Below, piece after piece: positions 13,640 to 26,600 of a DNA stretch of 64,000 nucleotides. The stretch is taken from positions 71,548,001 through 71,612,000 of the forward strand of contig NW_026262668.1 of NCBI RefSeq assembly GCF_021869535.1, in the 5' to 3' direction. The number at the start of each line of letters is the position of its first letter. Within the stretch, counting starts at the first letter, position 1. Under the pieces are notes generated by a model. That model ran no database searches. It worked only from the letters and a program-made list of their open reading frames with translations, and was not told the DNA's origin. This stretch comes from Mytilus californianus. Its lineage: Eukaryota. The position numbers and the translations under genes were made by a program.

Positions 13640-14150
13640 CATCCCCTTTGTTTAAATGAAGCATCTACTAGTACGATAATTACTGATAGCAGCATACTAA
13701 CAACTTCGATCCTGACGCAACATCCCTCCAGAGACTTATTTACTACAAGATAAACAAGAATGAAATGAATAGCCATAACTATTGGACAATACACTAACGC
13801 CCGATTCATAGAAAAAGACGTAAAAAAACAAACAACATGGAACAACTCATGGTCCAAATAATCTCACTTTGTGCAGGCGTTGCGATTAAACCAATTCAAC
13901 GTGCACGCCAGCATCCCCTGTTTCATAACGATAAGCATGAGAATCAAAAAGATGCAACAGTAGTTAACCGATCTTCAAATAGCGTTAATTCATTTTGAAA
14001 ATACAAACAACCGCGGGTGTCGCAAGAACTCTAAGAGGAGCGAGAACGGATCCATTGACAAGATAGTGTTTCATTTCCAACTATGTATGCATCACTTGCC
14101 ATTTGAATCCAGACATAGAAGTACAAGTATGAGCAAACATCGTTACATCG
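13640..14150 (-). pseudogene. Probable decayed intronless claudin/PMP22-like tetraspan pseudogene
   Basis: Stitching frames gives four hydrophobic blocks: CLLILVLLCL-IQMASDAYIVG, a two-Cys loop (SCQW...SCDTRGC), TM2 ILMLIVM...LACTL, TM3 IIWTMSCSMLFVF, and SYGYSF-ILVYLVV resembling the claudin-superfamily YGWSF motif. Many stops and frameshifts. Confidence 0.42.
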
Positions 14151-14280
14151 ATTTATTATAAATCATATTAGTACTGACGCAATGGCTTATGAGCTAATTA
14201 TACCCTCGGGGACTAGCAGTTTACCAGCAAAAGTATCGGTCCAGTACTAGTAAATGAAAATGATACTTTATAACTTTCGT

Positions 14281-14322
14281 ACGTTTGAAGCGCTTTACTG
14301 GATTTACCATCATCAAGAACGC
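14281..14322 (-). ncRNA. Degenerate hammerhead motif, subfamily iii. Further copies at 52691-52733(+), 50623-50668(-)
   Basis: gcgttc-TTGATGA-tgg[taaat]cca-GTAA-agcgct-TC-aaacgt; 52691 reads agcgttg-CATATGA-agg[taaat]gca-GAAA-agcgct-TC-ggacgc. Confidence 0.55.
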
Positions 14323-14689
14323 TTAAACTCAAATATTTAATGGCCAATGATGAATAAATACTGCTGTGTTGTAGGTGCAAAATATCTGTAAAAGATCAAT
14401 ATAGCAGGTTTTTTTTTATAGAATATCGAATTCTGATTAAAACATGTAAATGTCGTAGGATTAAGTAAAACACCTGTTTTTATATACCTTCTTTTCAAAT
14501 ATAGAGTTTACCTGGTTTCTGTTATGTAAATAAATTTTAATTCAAATATGACATTAATGTTTTCTATCAATAGTTTTGAATTTTTTCTAGTTCTTTTATC
14601 AAATCAAAACATTTCTAATAGACAAACATAATCAATATGAAGAGTTTCGTCTTCATGTTTCTCTCTTTCGGAATACACTATCAGAAACT

Positions 14690-17600
14690 TTATCGCCACG
14701 GCCTCACATAACTCTTCTGTTTTGTTTCAAGGTGAGGAAGTTTAATTTGCTCATCATTTTTCTGTTGTTCATTATTGCCAACTTCTGAGTGCGTCGTTAT
14801 ACTTGGAAGTTTAGTAGCACAGTACGATCTTTGTCTATCTAGTGATGACTCATCGGCAGATATGCCAGAATCTACAATTTAAAACATTTTCACATTCATA
14901 CTACACAAAGGAGTAAAACAATAACCTTTTTACCATTTTCCAGTTGAGTTTGTAATGTAAGTGTAATACTTCGTTCAAATGTCATGATTTTTGGTACTGG
15001 CAAGAAAATAAGGATATTGTTCTATTTTTGTTATATAATTTCGAATAATTTAAGGAATGTATCTCCCACATGCATAGCTATGATTCCTCGTCTTTAACGT
15101 TGGTCTTTTTTTTTATCTGCTCTTTAACATTTGTATTATGTTTTGGATTTCAAATATTCTGGCCTCGAGCATCGCTGAAGAGACATTTTAAATTGCAATA
15201 CATTTGGTACCGTTAATGTTTTTACTACCACTGCGTCGATACCTGTGCGGTGAACTGTTAGTTCCCGAGGATATCACTGCGTCGATACCTGTGCGGTGAA
15301 CTGTAAGTTCCCGAGGATATCACTAACCCAGTAGTCAGTACTTCGGTACTGGGATAAAAATACGGATATTGTTCTACTTAAATTTGCTGTTATAAAATTT
15401 TGAAATCATTTTAAATTAAGGAATGAATATCCTCATGCATAGCTCTGGTTCCTTGTCCTTGATTGGATTTTCCATTGGTCCTGTTTGGTTTTATCTGCTC
15501 TTCTACGTTTGTATAAGGTTTTGGACTTCATATATTTAGGCTTTGATCATCACTGAAGAGACATGAATTTTCGAAATGTGCATCTGATGCAATAAAATTG
15601 TTATTTTTTTCAACGAAAATATATACTTTTTTTAAACCAACAACTTATTAATTAGTATTCAACCAATTAGTCTATAAGTTGATATCAATCTATAGAAACA
15701 GAAATAAATCAATGAAATTTACTTTTTTCCTCCAAAGATTACCTTGAAAATCTGTCGCAGAGGATTTCATTCTATGTAAAAAGTCAGTTGTAGCTGGTAT
15801 AAGCTCAGCGTCTTCTTGTTTTCTGACAAATGTTTCGGATTTCATTCCAAGGTTTGGGGAAGGCTGATATTTTTCTTGAAATATAACAAGATAGTTGAGG
15901 ATAAAATAACACAAATGTGAATATAAAAGTGGACTGATTATTGATGGCTTATAAATCATCTCATCAGATATAAATAATTCCTATATTATATCCTTATTTG
16001 AATAAAGTAATTAAATCCATATGTCAGTGATGTTATATCTAGCAATAAGCCTGTATCTCAAATTTCAAGACAACACAGGTATTTCTGGTCAGTGGTGCAA
16101 AAAACATATATTGTAAATCCGAAATGACAAAGGTTTGGAAACAAAAAGGGCAATTTTTTTTTCTATGCAATTTCAAGCAGAATTGATACCATCACACAAT
16201 TCTTCTATTGTCTCAAACGTGTTTTTTTTTTCATTGACAGATACCTCAAAAGTTACTTTTGTAATATCATCACATACTACTTTAAAACGATAAAAGAAGA
16301 CCATAACAACCAATAACACAGGCTCAATGATTGATGAATTTGGTATGATTTTCTAAACGAAAACGCAGGTCTTTGACGTGTTATACAATGCCTGTTTTTT
16401 AAAATTGATGAATGTATTTGAATTCATTCCTGTATTTACTCATCATAATGAATAAATAGAGATAATTGGGAAAGACAAAAACCCATATAACCAAAAAAGG
16501 CCAATAAACATTCCTTTTAATGGTTAAAACAGAAAAGCATTTCAATCGTAGTAAATTCAATGTGTTTCTCTATGGCCTAGGCATACGCATATTCGTGTAG
16601 CGGGATTATACTAGCAATACGAGTTTACACGTACTTATTACCATGTAAACAACATTATGAGTGTCTGGTCTTGTTAAAAGTAAACGAACTAAAAATATAT
16701 CAAAAAGGAATTATCGGATGTTAACGCTTGTTGTTCTACACTGGTCCGCCACTGGGGGCGACCGGTATGGTAACATGATTGCATACTTTGTTAAAACGTT
16801 ACTAGTACATGAAAAAAATCTGCGAATTTTCTTTCAGATACAAATCAATTTCTGTTGTTTATGGATCATAAAAACAATACATGTGTTTGAATAAATTGAG
16901 TACAACGCACATTACTTTACAGAATGCAGTCTAAGATAAAGTATAATGTATTTCTACAACATCATTAACCCGAGTTGGATAAGGAATGTACATTTTGCAC
17001 TCTTTGTAGTGGTACATCAATTAGAACGTAGGACAGAAAGTCACAGGAAAAATATATAACGAGAAAAAGACACAATTTTGTATTTTGATATTTTTTTGTA
17101 TTTGATAAAGTCAAACATTTAAGTCTGACCAGTGCTAAGCTTACACCAATTATCAAAATTATCAAAACTGACATAAGAAGAATATGAATATTCTCCATAG
17201 GCCCTTCATGGTATTGCTATCTCTGCCACGTTTTATATATTTAGTTTCCACGTTTGGATCTTAATCAAACCAGGCGAACCTTATTCTAGAAACACGTATC
17301 ATGCACATTGAAATAGTTTTTTTTATGTAAAAGCATTAAAGATCATTAAATTAGTGTAATGTCATCCATTAATATTGAAATAAATTCATATCACAAAAAA
17401 CAACCCAAACGAAATTTTTAGCATCTATGGTGGATCTTATACTGTATCATATCAACAGTAATTATCAGTTATCATGAATAATAATACCTGGCGTGTTATC
17501 ATTTTCTGTTGTTGTCGACTTGTTTGACGGACTTCCAGTGTTAAAGTTCGCATTAGTCTTTGATTTTCGCTTCTTGTTTGAGTCAACAGGTTTAACTTTA

Positions 17601-20600
17601 TTGTTATACCCTTTTTTCTGGCTTAACGTTACAATAGGAGGCTGAGCTCTTGGTGTGAGACTGTCTAAATACGGACTGTTCTTAGTTTTCTTTATCTTCT
17701 TTTTCTTCTTTTTCAATGTATTTTTCTTCGGTCTATTTATTTTGTCAGACAGTGGTATCATATCTGTTTTCGATCGTGGTAGGGTCTGGGAGAGAGGATT
17801 TTTGTTTATCTTTTTGTCAAATTTAGTGAGTGAATTTGATCTAATAGGAAACATGTAATGTGGAACTTTTTTAATATATTGTTTTGTTTTATCCATTATG
17901 GAGGGTCTATCTCTATCATTTATTATTTCTGTTTTATTTACTCCATCTGTTTCATTTATTCTCTTCTCTTCTTCCATCAATATTTCTGTTTGTGTTCTGT
18001 CTGAGAAAGTTCCGATTGACCCAGTAGATAATGCTCTATACATCTGTATTCTCTTTAGTGCAGGTGTCTGTATATCTTTTGTCAAAGAAGCTGAACTTAC
18101 TCCAGTGTTTATGACTGGTTTGTTTATGTTTAAAAGCAACTGTGTTCCCTTCGGTGGGGCAAAAGAGTTAAATGTAGTACTTGGTGTTGGTATTTGAATG
18201 TCTTGCATTGATAAAGGATCTATCGTCGATACGACCTGGCTGTCAAGGTCAGTTGTTGATGTAGCCTGAATATCTTCCATTGACTGAGACCTATAGAACG
18301 ACTCATCATGACTAGAATTGCGTGTTGGTGGTCGAGTTTGGGTCGATTGAGACTCTTTTAGAGAGGGAAGCGAGTTTGATCTAGAGATAACTGAACTTTC
18401 CGTAGACATGCCTACAAAGGATTTCGATGGTGGTATAAATTTTGTTGCTTGTCTAGAAAGTTTTTTGTCGGAAATGGGAATGCCTGTGTCATCATATTTT
18501 ATACCATATTTAGATATCGTATAGTCTGCTAAATTTCCGTTATCCTGTTTCGAACCTGAGACAGGTCCAACTTTTTTCATAGGAAATTCAGATTGATACA
18601 TAGTTTTCTCAGAAGCTCTTTTAGCGGTTCTCCAAGGCCATGGCATATATTTTGGTGGTGGTGTTTTTGGTGGTGGTGTTGGCGGCGGTGGTGGTGGTGG
18701 TGGTGTTGGAGGCTTTTCTGGTTCTCGAAAAGCTATGTTCTTTAGTTTTTTCAGAAGTTCTGTCTGAGACATCATATCTATAAAATAGTAAAAACAAATG
18801 ATATTTAAGTATATCTAATTCTACTGGTCCAGTTACCGTCAGTTACAAGTTACCGCTATCAATCATTTTATGCACTAACATACACTAAGCGTGAGTACGA
18901 CATATTGCTATTATCTTCAGACAAACAAATTAATAGCATTTTCAAAAACTTTGTTTTGTGTGAAATCTCGACTTCCGTTTTTACATGTCGTAGGAAGACA
19001 CTCGTGCGAAGACATGACGTCATCACTTTAAGACGCCCTTGACTTTTAGAAAAATTATTGGTCTAGACACAGTTATATCAAAGCTTTAGAGCACAAATTT
19101 CTATCATGAGAATAAAAAAAGGTTTATAAATTTAAAAATCCAATTGTAGGCTCCACTTCGATACAATGTATTTTGATTTTAAGTGATATAAACTTACGAT
19201 CAGTTCAGCGTAATCGAATTTAGAAAAGTTTAGAATTTAAGAAATAACGATATGTTTGATCCATTTGACATGCATCTTTCTCTTATACCACAAAATGGTA
19301 AAAAGGACATTAATATTCCAATCAAGAGGAGATTTCTATTATTTAGCACTAGATTCTCAAGTGACTTAACTGGTCCTAGAAACCTTAAATTTCACCCAAA
19401 TATAGCCACACCAATAACCCATTTTTTGTTTTTTAAAGTATTTAAAGTCCAAGTCTGTGAACTTTTGATGTTACATGTACAAGAATCTTCCTAACGAAGT
19501 CCCTTTTAAAAATATTTTGGAAAATTGCGAATTTCTGACGGTAACTGGTACTGGTACATTACCTAAAGCAGCACAAGAGAGGCCAATAAGACAAAATAAA
19601 CAATGTTAAGAATATGTTTGGATTCTGTTTAGTAGTATTTCGATTCATTTCATTTCGTATTAGAATCATGTGCAAAACAGTGTAGCCGAGACCATTGATT
19701 GGCGCGCTAAAATATCCCATTGACTGGGTCAGATTAGGTGAACGTTCGTCTATACTAAGTAACTACGCATGAATGACCACAAGGGTAAGATTTTTTATGT
19801 AGATCAAAATAAGGGGGAAATCTGATGAAAATTTGAAGATGTGGTAAGATTGCCAATGAGACCACTTTCCACCAACAAACCAACAAACGAGATTGAAAAC
19901 AAATATTGGTCACCGTGCGACGTTCAACATTGAGCAAAACCAATACCGTATAGTAAGATATTAAAAGCCAAATCATGACAAAAGGTGAAAAAAATCAAAA
20001 GATGAAACCAACATATGGAGGTAAGACAGGTTTCTAACCACATACAGTTTTTGCAGAAAGGGATTGTACAAGTATGTACATACCTGTTCAGTATTTTTTT
20101 TAATTTTTTTATAAACAATCTGATAGTTTTAACCTATTATCTTTATGGATATATTGTTTTCCGTTTTGCTTACAACACAAAGTAAACGATGATTACTTAA
20201 AATAGTTTGTGAGTCTGAATAAATAAGGTATCTTTTTTTATTGGTAAACATAAATCAATGTCGTTTTCTTCGTTGTTTCTACCAATTACGAGTTTGTCTA
20301 TACTTTATCACGAAAAAAGTGTATGAATTTCATTTAAAATTTTCACATTTGTTCATGTTTAAGGATTAGACAATTGACGTGTATATTTAGCAACTTGGTA
20401 ATGTCTTATCGTTAAAAAGAGTAGAATACTAACGCACTTTTATATGAATATAAAAATGAAGAGTTGTATGATTGCCAATGAGACAACTAAACATACTGAA
20501 CAAAGGACAAAACTTTGAACAACTACAGATCACAGTAGGGCCGACAACAATGAGGTAAAATATACCGTATAGAAAGGTAAAAAAAGACCCCGATAAGATA

Positions 20601-23600
20601 AAAAAAGAAATCCAACGGACTGCTCAAAAGTACAACAATGAACGAAGTAAAAGAAATGACAAAAGGTGAAAAAAATCAAAAGATGAAACCAACATATGGA
20701 GGTAAGACAGGTTTCTAACCACATACAGTTTTTGCAGAAAGGGATTGTACAAGTATGTACATACCTGTTCAGTATTTTTTTTAATTTTTTTTATAAACAA
20801 TCTGATAGTTTTAACCTATTATCTTTATGGATATATTGTTTTCCGTTTTGCTTACAACACAAAGTAAACGATGATTACTTAAAATAGTTTGTGAGTCTGA
20901 ATAAATAAGGTATCTTTTTTTATTGGTAAACATAAATCAATGTCGTTTTCTTCGTTGTTTCTACCAATTACGAGTTTGTCTATACTTTATCACGAAAAAA
21001 GTGTATGAATTTCATTTAAAATTTTCACATTTGGTCATGTTTAAGGATTAGACAATTGACGTGTATATTTAGCAACTTGGTAATGTCTTAACGTTAAAAA
21101 GAGTAGAATACTAACGCACTTTTATATGAATATAAAAATGAAGAGTTGTATGATTGCCAATGAGACAACTAAACATACTGAACAAAGGACAAAACTTTGA
21201 ACAACTACAGATCACAGTAGGGCCGACAACAATGAGGTAAAATATACCGTATAGAAAGGTAAAAAAAGACCCCGATAAGATAAAAAAAGAAATCCAACGG
21301 ACTGCTCAAAAGTACAACAATGAACGAAGTAAAGAAAAAAATTGCAGGAAGGATATTCGGCAGAAAACTACATGCACAAAAAGAATGTGCCGGGGTTTAA
21401 TGTTGAAGCCTTAATACCGATTACGAATAAAAGTGTTTCAAAAATATTTTCCTTCCGATAAGCTTGAGATCAAAAGTTTGGAAAGCAAAAAATTAGAGAG
21501 ATCATAAAAACCAAAAAAATAATGGACTTAAATAAACAGCAAATGTTGTCCAAGTACAACTTTGCATAAATGAATTGCAACTTTAGTTAATAGACAACTA
21601 CATAATGAAATCATGACAATATTGAATAATAGCCATTGGAAGATTGTACCCTCGGGTCAACCAGGAGCTAACGCCTTCATCAGGTAACCTCGTGGCCAAA
21701 ATATATGATTGCAGTGAAGAAGGCTTACTAACCGCTCCAAAGCCAATCAGTTCAACCTTTTTGTATTTGGGATTACTAAATTTGTCGTAACGAGCATTTG
21801 TGATAGATATCCTGAATATTGATTCAAAATCAAAGACTCTTACGGAAGATGAATTTTACTCACATATGAAAAGAGGCAATCATTAAAGATTAATTTTCAC
21901 ACACCACCTTTGCATCAAATCTCGCAGTAAACAATTTATTAAAATAACTGAATGTGAAAACAAAAATTAGCACATACTTACAACTTCTCGTCCAATCAAA
22001 TTGCTTATATTTGCCTTCTAATTTTCATAGTACATTTGTACATACTTTTCCTATGTACTAAGTAACTACGCATGAATGACCACAAGGGTAAGATTTCATT
22101 GTATCGTAATCAAGATATTTAAAACAAAAATTGCCACTGGCTATTTTGAAATAAAATGCTGTGTTCCAAATTAAATTAAATAGTTTGTAATTAGTTTCCA
22201 CGTTGATTTTTAAATATCCTGCTATTAAAATCTTTGGATCTAAAAATTGTTTTTGACAATTGAAAATTTTATTATTTAAATAAAGGTAATGCATATGGTT
22301 CTTTATACCTTGATTAGAGTACAACGATATCTTAAAATTATGATAATGTATCATCCATGCAATTACTTTGTACACAGAAAAGTGTGTACTATGAAACCTT
22401 GTGCAGGAAAATTAAAACAACTTGGTGATATTTTTTTAAACTTTCTTCAGGAAGGTGATCTATTTCGTCATGAATTGATTGATTTATTGATTATTGGTTG
22501 CTTAATGTCCAGTGGCAAATATTTCATGCATGTTCAGGACGATGTCATGAATTGAAAAACTGTGATTATGTCTGAAGATAATGTGCCACCTATATATATA
22601 TATATAAACATATTCTGATAAATCTTTTAGTTTTTACTTTGAAATAATAATAAAAAAAAAAACACAAAAGACAAAACCTATAATCTCTGATCTATTGGTA
22701 GTTGCTTTTTAATGCCTATCTGCTAGACTATATCTATGGGGACAAACTATCTCTATGTTTCAAATTTATCATAGCTTTAGTTTTACTGTGAAATTAAAAA
22801 ATGTTTTCAAAACATGTAAAGCTTCCACTGCAATTTAATTATTGCCTGCTTTTGGTCAATTTATTTTGTCATCTTACCATGTAAGAAGAACATGTATAGT
22901 AAAACACCGCTTTATATCAGTATACATACTTACACCAGCAGCTACCATCTTTTCATTCTGGAGTGAAGGGCCTTTTGAAATCACATATTTTACAATAATA
23001 CTAGTGAGTAGATTTACAAAACTTCGTTAATGAGCTCCTTTTTACAAACACCTGTGATACAAGTAGTCAGCCAAAATAAACTATCAATAGACCAATTAAG
23101 ATTACTCGAGTTGAAAATATGTGCTAAATTGGATAGTCTATGAAAAGGTATATACTATGAAATTAAGAGCTCGGGGCAAGCCCCTCGCTCTAAATTTCAT
23201 AGTATATACCTTTCTATAGACTAACCTAGACTTAGGAAAAAATTGATGGAACTGTTTTTTATATAAATTAACTTTTATATGCAACAAGTGGAGGGCTACA
23301 AATAGGTTGGTAAGCACAGACTGATTTTCATTCATCTCTTTTATTGCGATCCATACTATGCGTGTCCAATAGAAATGTCACAGTTAAGATATTAAATAAA
23401 ATAATGAGTAAACAGTTTGAAGACATAATGGAGAATATTTTACCTCTTGTAACGTATCTCCTTAAAGGCCCAATGGGATCTTTTGTAGGCGTGTCCCATG
23501 TCTCTGGATATTCAATAGATGGTATTGATTCATCATCGCTCTCTTCACCGTCTGAAATATTCAAAAACTGGATAAATCTTACTGTTCGGTGTGAGCCAAG

Positions 23601-26600
23601 GCTCCGTGTTGAAGACCGTACTGTGACCTATAATGGTTTACTTTTATAAATTTTGACTTGGATGGAGAGTTGTCTCATTGGCACTCATACCACATCTTCT
23701 TATATCTATATAATATTGTGACCAAGGTAAAATAAAAAGTATTTTTGTGTTTAGTAAATCAAATCTTGATCATTAAATGGTTGCTATAATTTTGATGAAA
23801 AAAATATCTGCGAATCGATTTTAATGTAATGAAAAAGCAGTAGTTCCAGCCCAATCCCCCAAATGTTAGGCATTTATCAATAGATATAAGAAGATGTGGT
23901 TTGAGTGCCATTGAGACAACTCTCCATCCAAGTCACAATTTATAAAAGTAAACCATTATAGGTCAAAGTACGGTCTTCAACACGGAACCTTGGCTCACAC
24001 CGCACAGCAAGCTATAAAGGGCCCCAAAATTTACTAGAGTGAAACCATTCAAACGAGAAAACCAACGGTCTAATCTATATAAAAAAACGAGAAACGAGAA
24101 ACACTTATGAACCACATCAACAAACGACAACTACTGAACATCAGATTCCTGACTTAGGATAGGTGCAAAAAATTGCAGCGGGTTTAAACGATTAATCAAT
24201 GTTCCATTTAGTTTTGATAAAGTATATATATTATTGCGCTTTAATCATTTTTCAGTAATGGAATAGAGTGTCATGCGCGGCCAATTCCGGAAATACCATA
24301 CGATACTCATATGATGTAATAAAAAACTCATCAAATATACCAGGCTTATAATTTTGAACGCCAGATGCACGTTTTTTTTTTACATAAGACTCATCAGTGA
24401 CGCTCGAATAAAAAAGCTGGAAAGCCAAAATAAATACAAAGTTGAAGAGTATAAATATCCGAAAATTTCGAAAAGTTGAATCAAATACGGATAAAGCAAT
24501 CGATACCTGTGGGTAGAAAAACTTGAGTGTTTTGAATACTTCCACATTTTATTTTAACAGTAATGTACAGAAAACGAAATGATATTTTATGTCAGCACAA
24601 AAGTGCTGACTACTGGGTTGGTGATACCCTCGTGGACAAAACACCTACCAGCATTTGAATCAAACCAGTGGTTGTAAAAACTCATCAATGATACCAGGCT
24701 TATACATTGGTACGCCAGACGCGCGCTTCGTCTACATAAAAATCATCAGTGACGCTTCAATCAAAACAGTTTGATAGCCAAATCAAATACAGTATGGAAG
24801 AGTATAAGTAACCGAAAATTTCGGAAAGTTGTTCTAAATACGACTAAGGTTATCTTTACCTGGGGATAGAAAACCTTAGTGTTCTGAATATTTCAACATT
24901 GCATAAACAGTACATTTACAGAAACTGAACATATCAATAATATTTCATGTCAGAACAAAAGTGCTGACTATTGGGCTGGTGATACCCTCGGGGACGAAAC
25001 GAAATGACATCGATCTATTGGTTGTAAAATTTTCAAATCAGTTGAAGAGTATAAGTAACCAAAAATTCCGGAAAGTTGTGCCAAATCTAGCTTATGCAAT
25101 CTGTACCAATACAAGAACAATGATGGGTCAACATGAAATAAACGATGATTTCATAATGGGGGAACTACAGATTTACAAATTGCATAAAAATTAAATGTCA
25201 TAATATGCCTTTTGTCGCCTCAATATCTAGAAGTTACTAACATAAAAAAGTTTGATCATTAAAATCTTCTAGAAAATTAGATGTGAATAAAAGGAGATGT
25301 GGTGTTTGTGTCAATGAGACATCAAACAAACGACAGCGTGAGATCAACATACAGTCTTGAACAATAGACAGATTTTTATACAATATGTCAAGCTCTAAAA
25401 TAGCTGTGAATAAATTAAATGATCTGCTTTCAACACTAAAGTCTCCAAATAACAAACAAAAATATGACATAAGACAACAACTGACGAGGTGTCTGACTTG
25501 GGACAGGTAAATGAATATGTTACGGTGTAAAACCAGTTTATTTTTTAGATCTTATCCCTCCCAATTATTAATCTCGATCGGTTGACAAGCAAAAGGTAGA
25601 TATAAGAAATTACAAAAAAAAAACCTAATACAGGAAAAGCAATTAACTTTAAAACAACGGTATCATACAAGTATATACAAAACAATTCCTGGTCGTGTAA
25701 TATCTTTGGGTTCGAAATGTCCACTAGTAGCGACATCGATCCACTTATTGTAAAAAAACTCATAAAAAATACATGTCTTATAACTTAGTATGCATGACGC
25801 GCGTTACGTCTACTTAAAACCTATCAGTTGCGACTCAAATTGAAACGTGTCCAAAACACCAAAATAGTGAAGTTGGTACGTTCGAACTCTTGTTCAACGC
25901 ATGTTCAAATATTTTAACTCAAATAATTTAGTGACATGTAAGAGATAAAAATAGTACCTGTTTAAAATTGAATCTTGCGGAAATAGTTATATATACGATA
26001 TTATCACTTACCCAAACCATCTTCAACTTTTACCAAGTCATCCTTAGCATCAGGCACTTTCTTTTTCCGCAGAAGACAATAAAGAATAATTAACAATAAT
26101 GAAATAACCAGTAAACCACCCAGTACGGCGCCAACAATGGGCCATATATTACTATCGTTGGAATCAATAGCAGCTGACTCTGTTGTGTTAGTCATAGTTT
26201 CTGTCGTGGTTGCTTCCGGTGCTGTTGTCGGAGTTGTCGTTGTTGTGGTAGAAGTTGTCGTTGATGTTGATGTGGTGGTTATTTCTGTTGAAATTATTTG
26301 ATAATTATTAATAAATAAAAAGAAATAACTTTAATTATCATTTCACTCAAATAAGTGCAGTGCACCAGATTTGCTGTATGTTATATAGTCAAATTTAAAT
26401 AAAGAAACACATTAAATGGATTAATGTATAGCTGTGATGTTTGAACAGATGCTTTCGGAATAGTAAACAAATTAGGTGAATGAACTTTAGTGAAGAAGTT
26501 AGTACATAAAACATCTCCCTCCAAAAAGTGATCCTGCATTTCAGATTTTTTCATAAGAAGGAGGTGATATCCAGGGAACAAAAAAAAGGATGACAAACGA

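Larger units (their letters stand above)
24290..25100 (-). mobile_element. Tandem retrozyme-like array, ~354-nt monomer (two near-complete units and one deleted unit)
   Basis: Repeated blocks (gttgaagag, gtgctgactaYtggg..gtgataccctc) with hammerhead cleavage positions at 24364 and 24718. Confidence 0.7.

Noticed and set aside
14098-14150. Signal-peptide-like RCLLILVLLCLDSN with a GC donor as P1 exon 1
   Set aside because: The upstream ATG is followed by TAA; the segment is better explained as TM1 of the claudin-like pseudogene
16747-16762. GC-rich ccactgggggcg as a CTCF site
   Set aside because: It matches only the 3' half of the consensus in register
16965-17198. Hydrophobic ORF MENIHILLMSVLIILIIG with a GTAAGC donor, as a separate gene or as P1 exon 1
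   Set aside because: It lies inside the modelled P2 intron 11. The strong donor is phase 0 and no matching downstream exon was found. AT-rich DNA yields such runs by chance. Not fully excluded.
17655-18197. Plus-strand ORFs 17655-17858 and 17898-18197 (likewise 10556-10849, 11346-11549, 11721-11963, 23344-23649)
   Set aside because: Antisense shadows of real exons or of the LINE RT
21600-21850. Stop-free minus-strand frame (…KVELIGFGAVSK…) as an extra P2 exon or kinase fragment
   Set aside because: The available acceptor gives the wrong phase for P2, and the kinase resemblance is limited to a few residues
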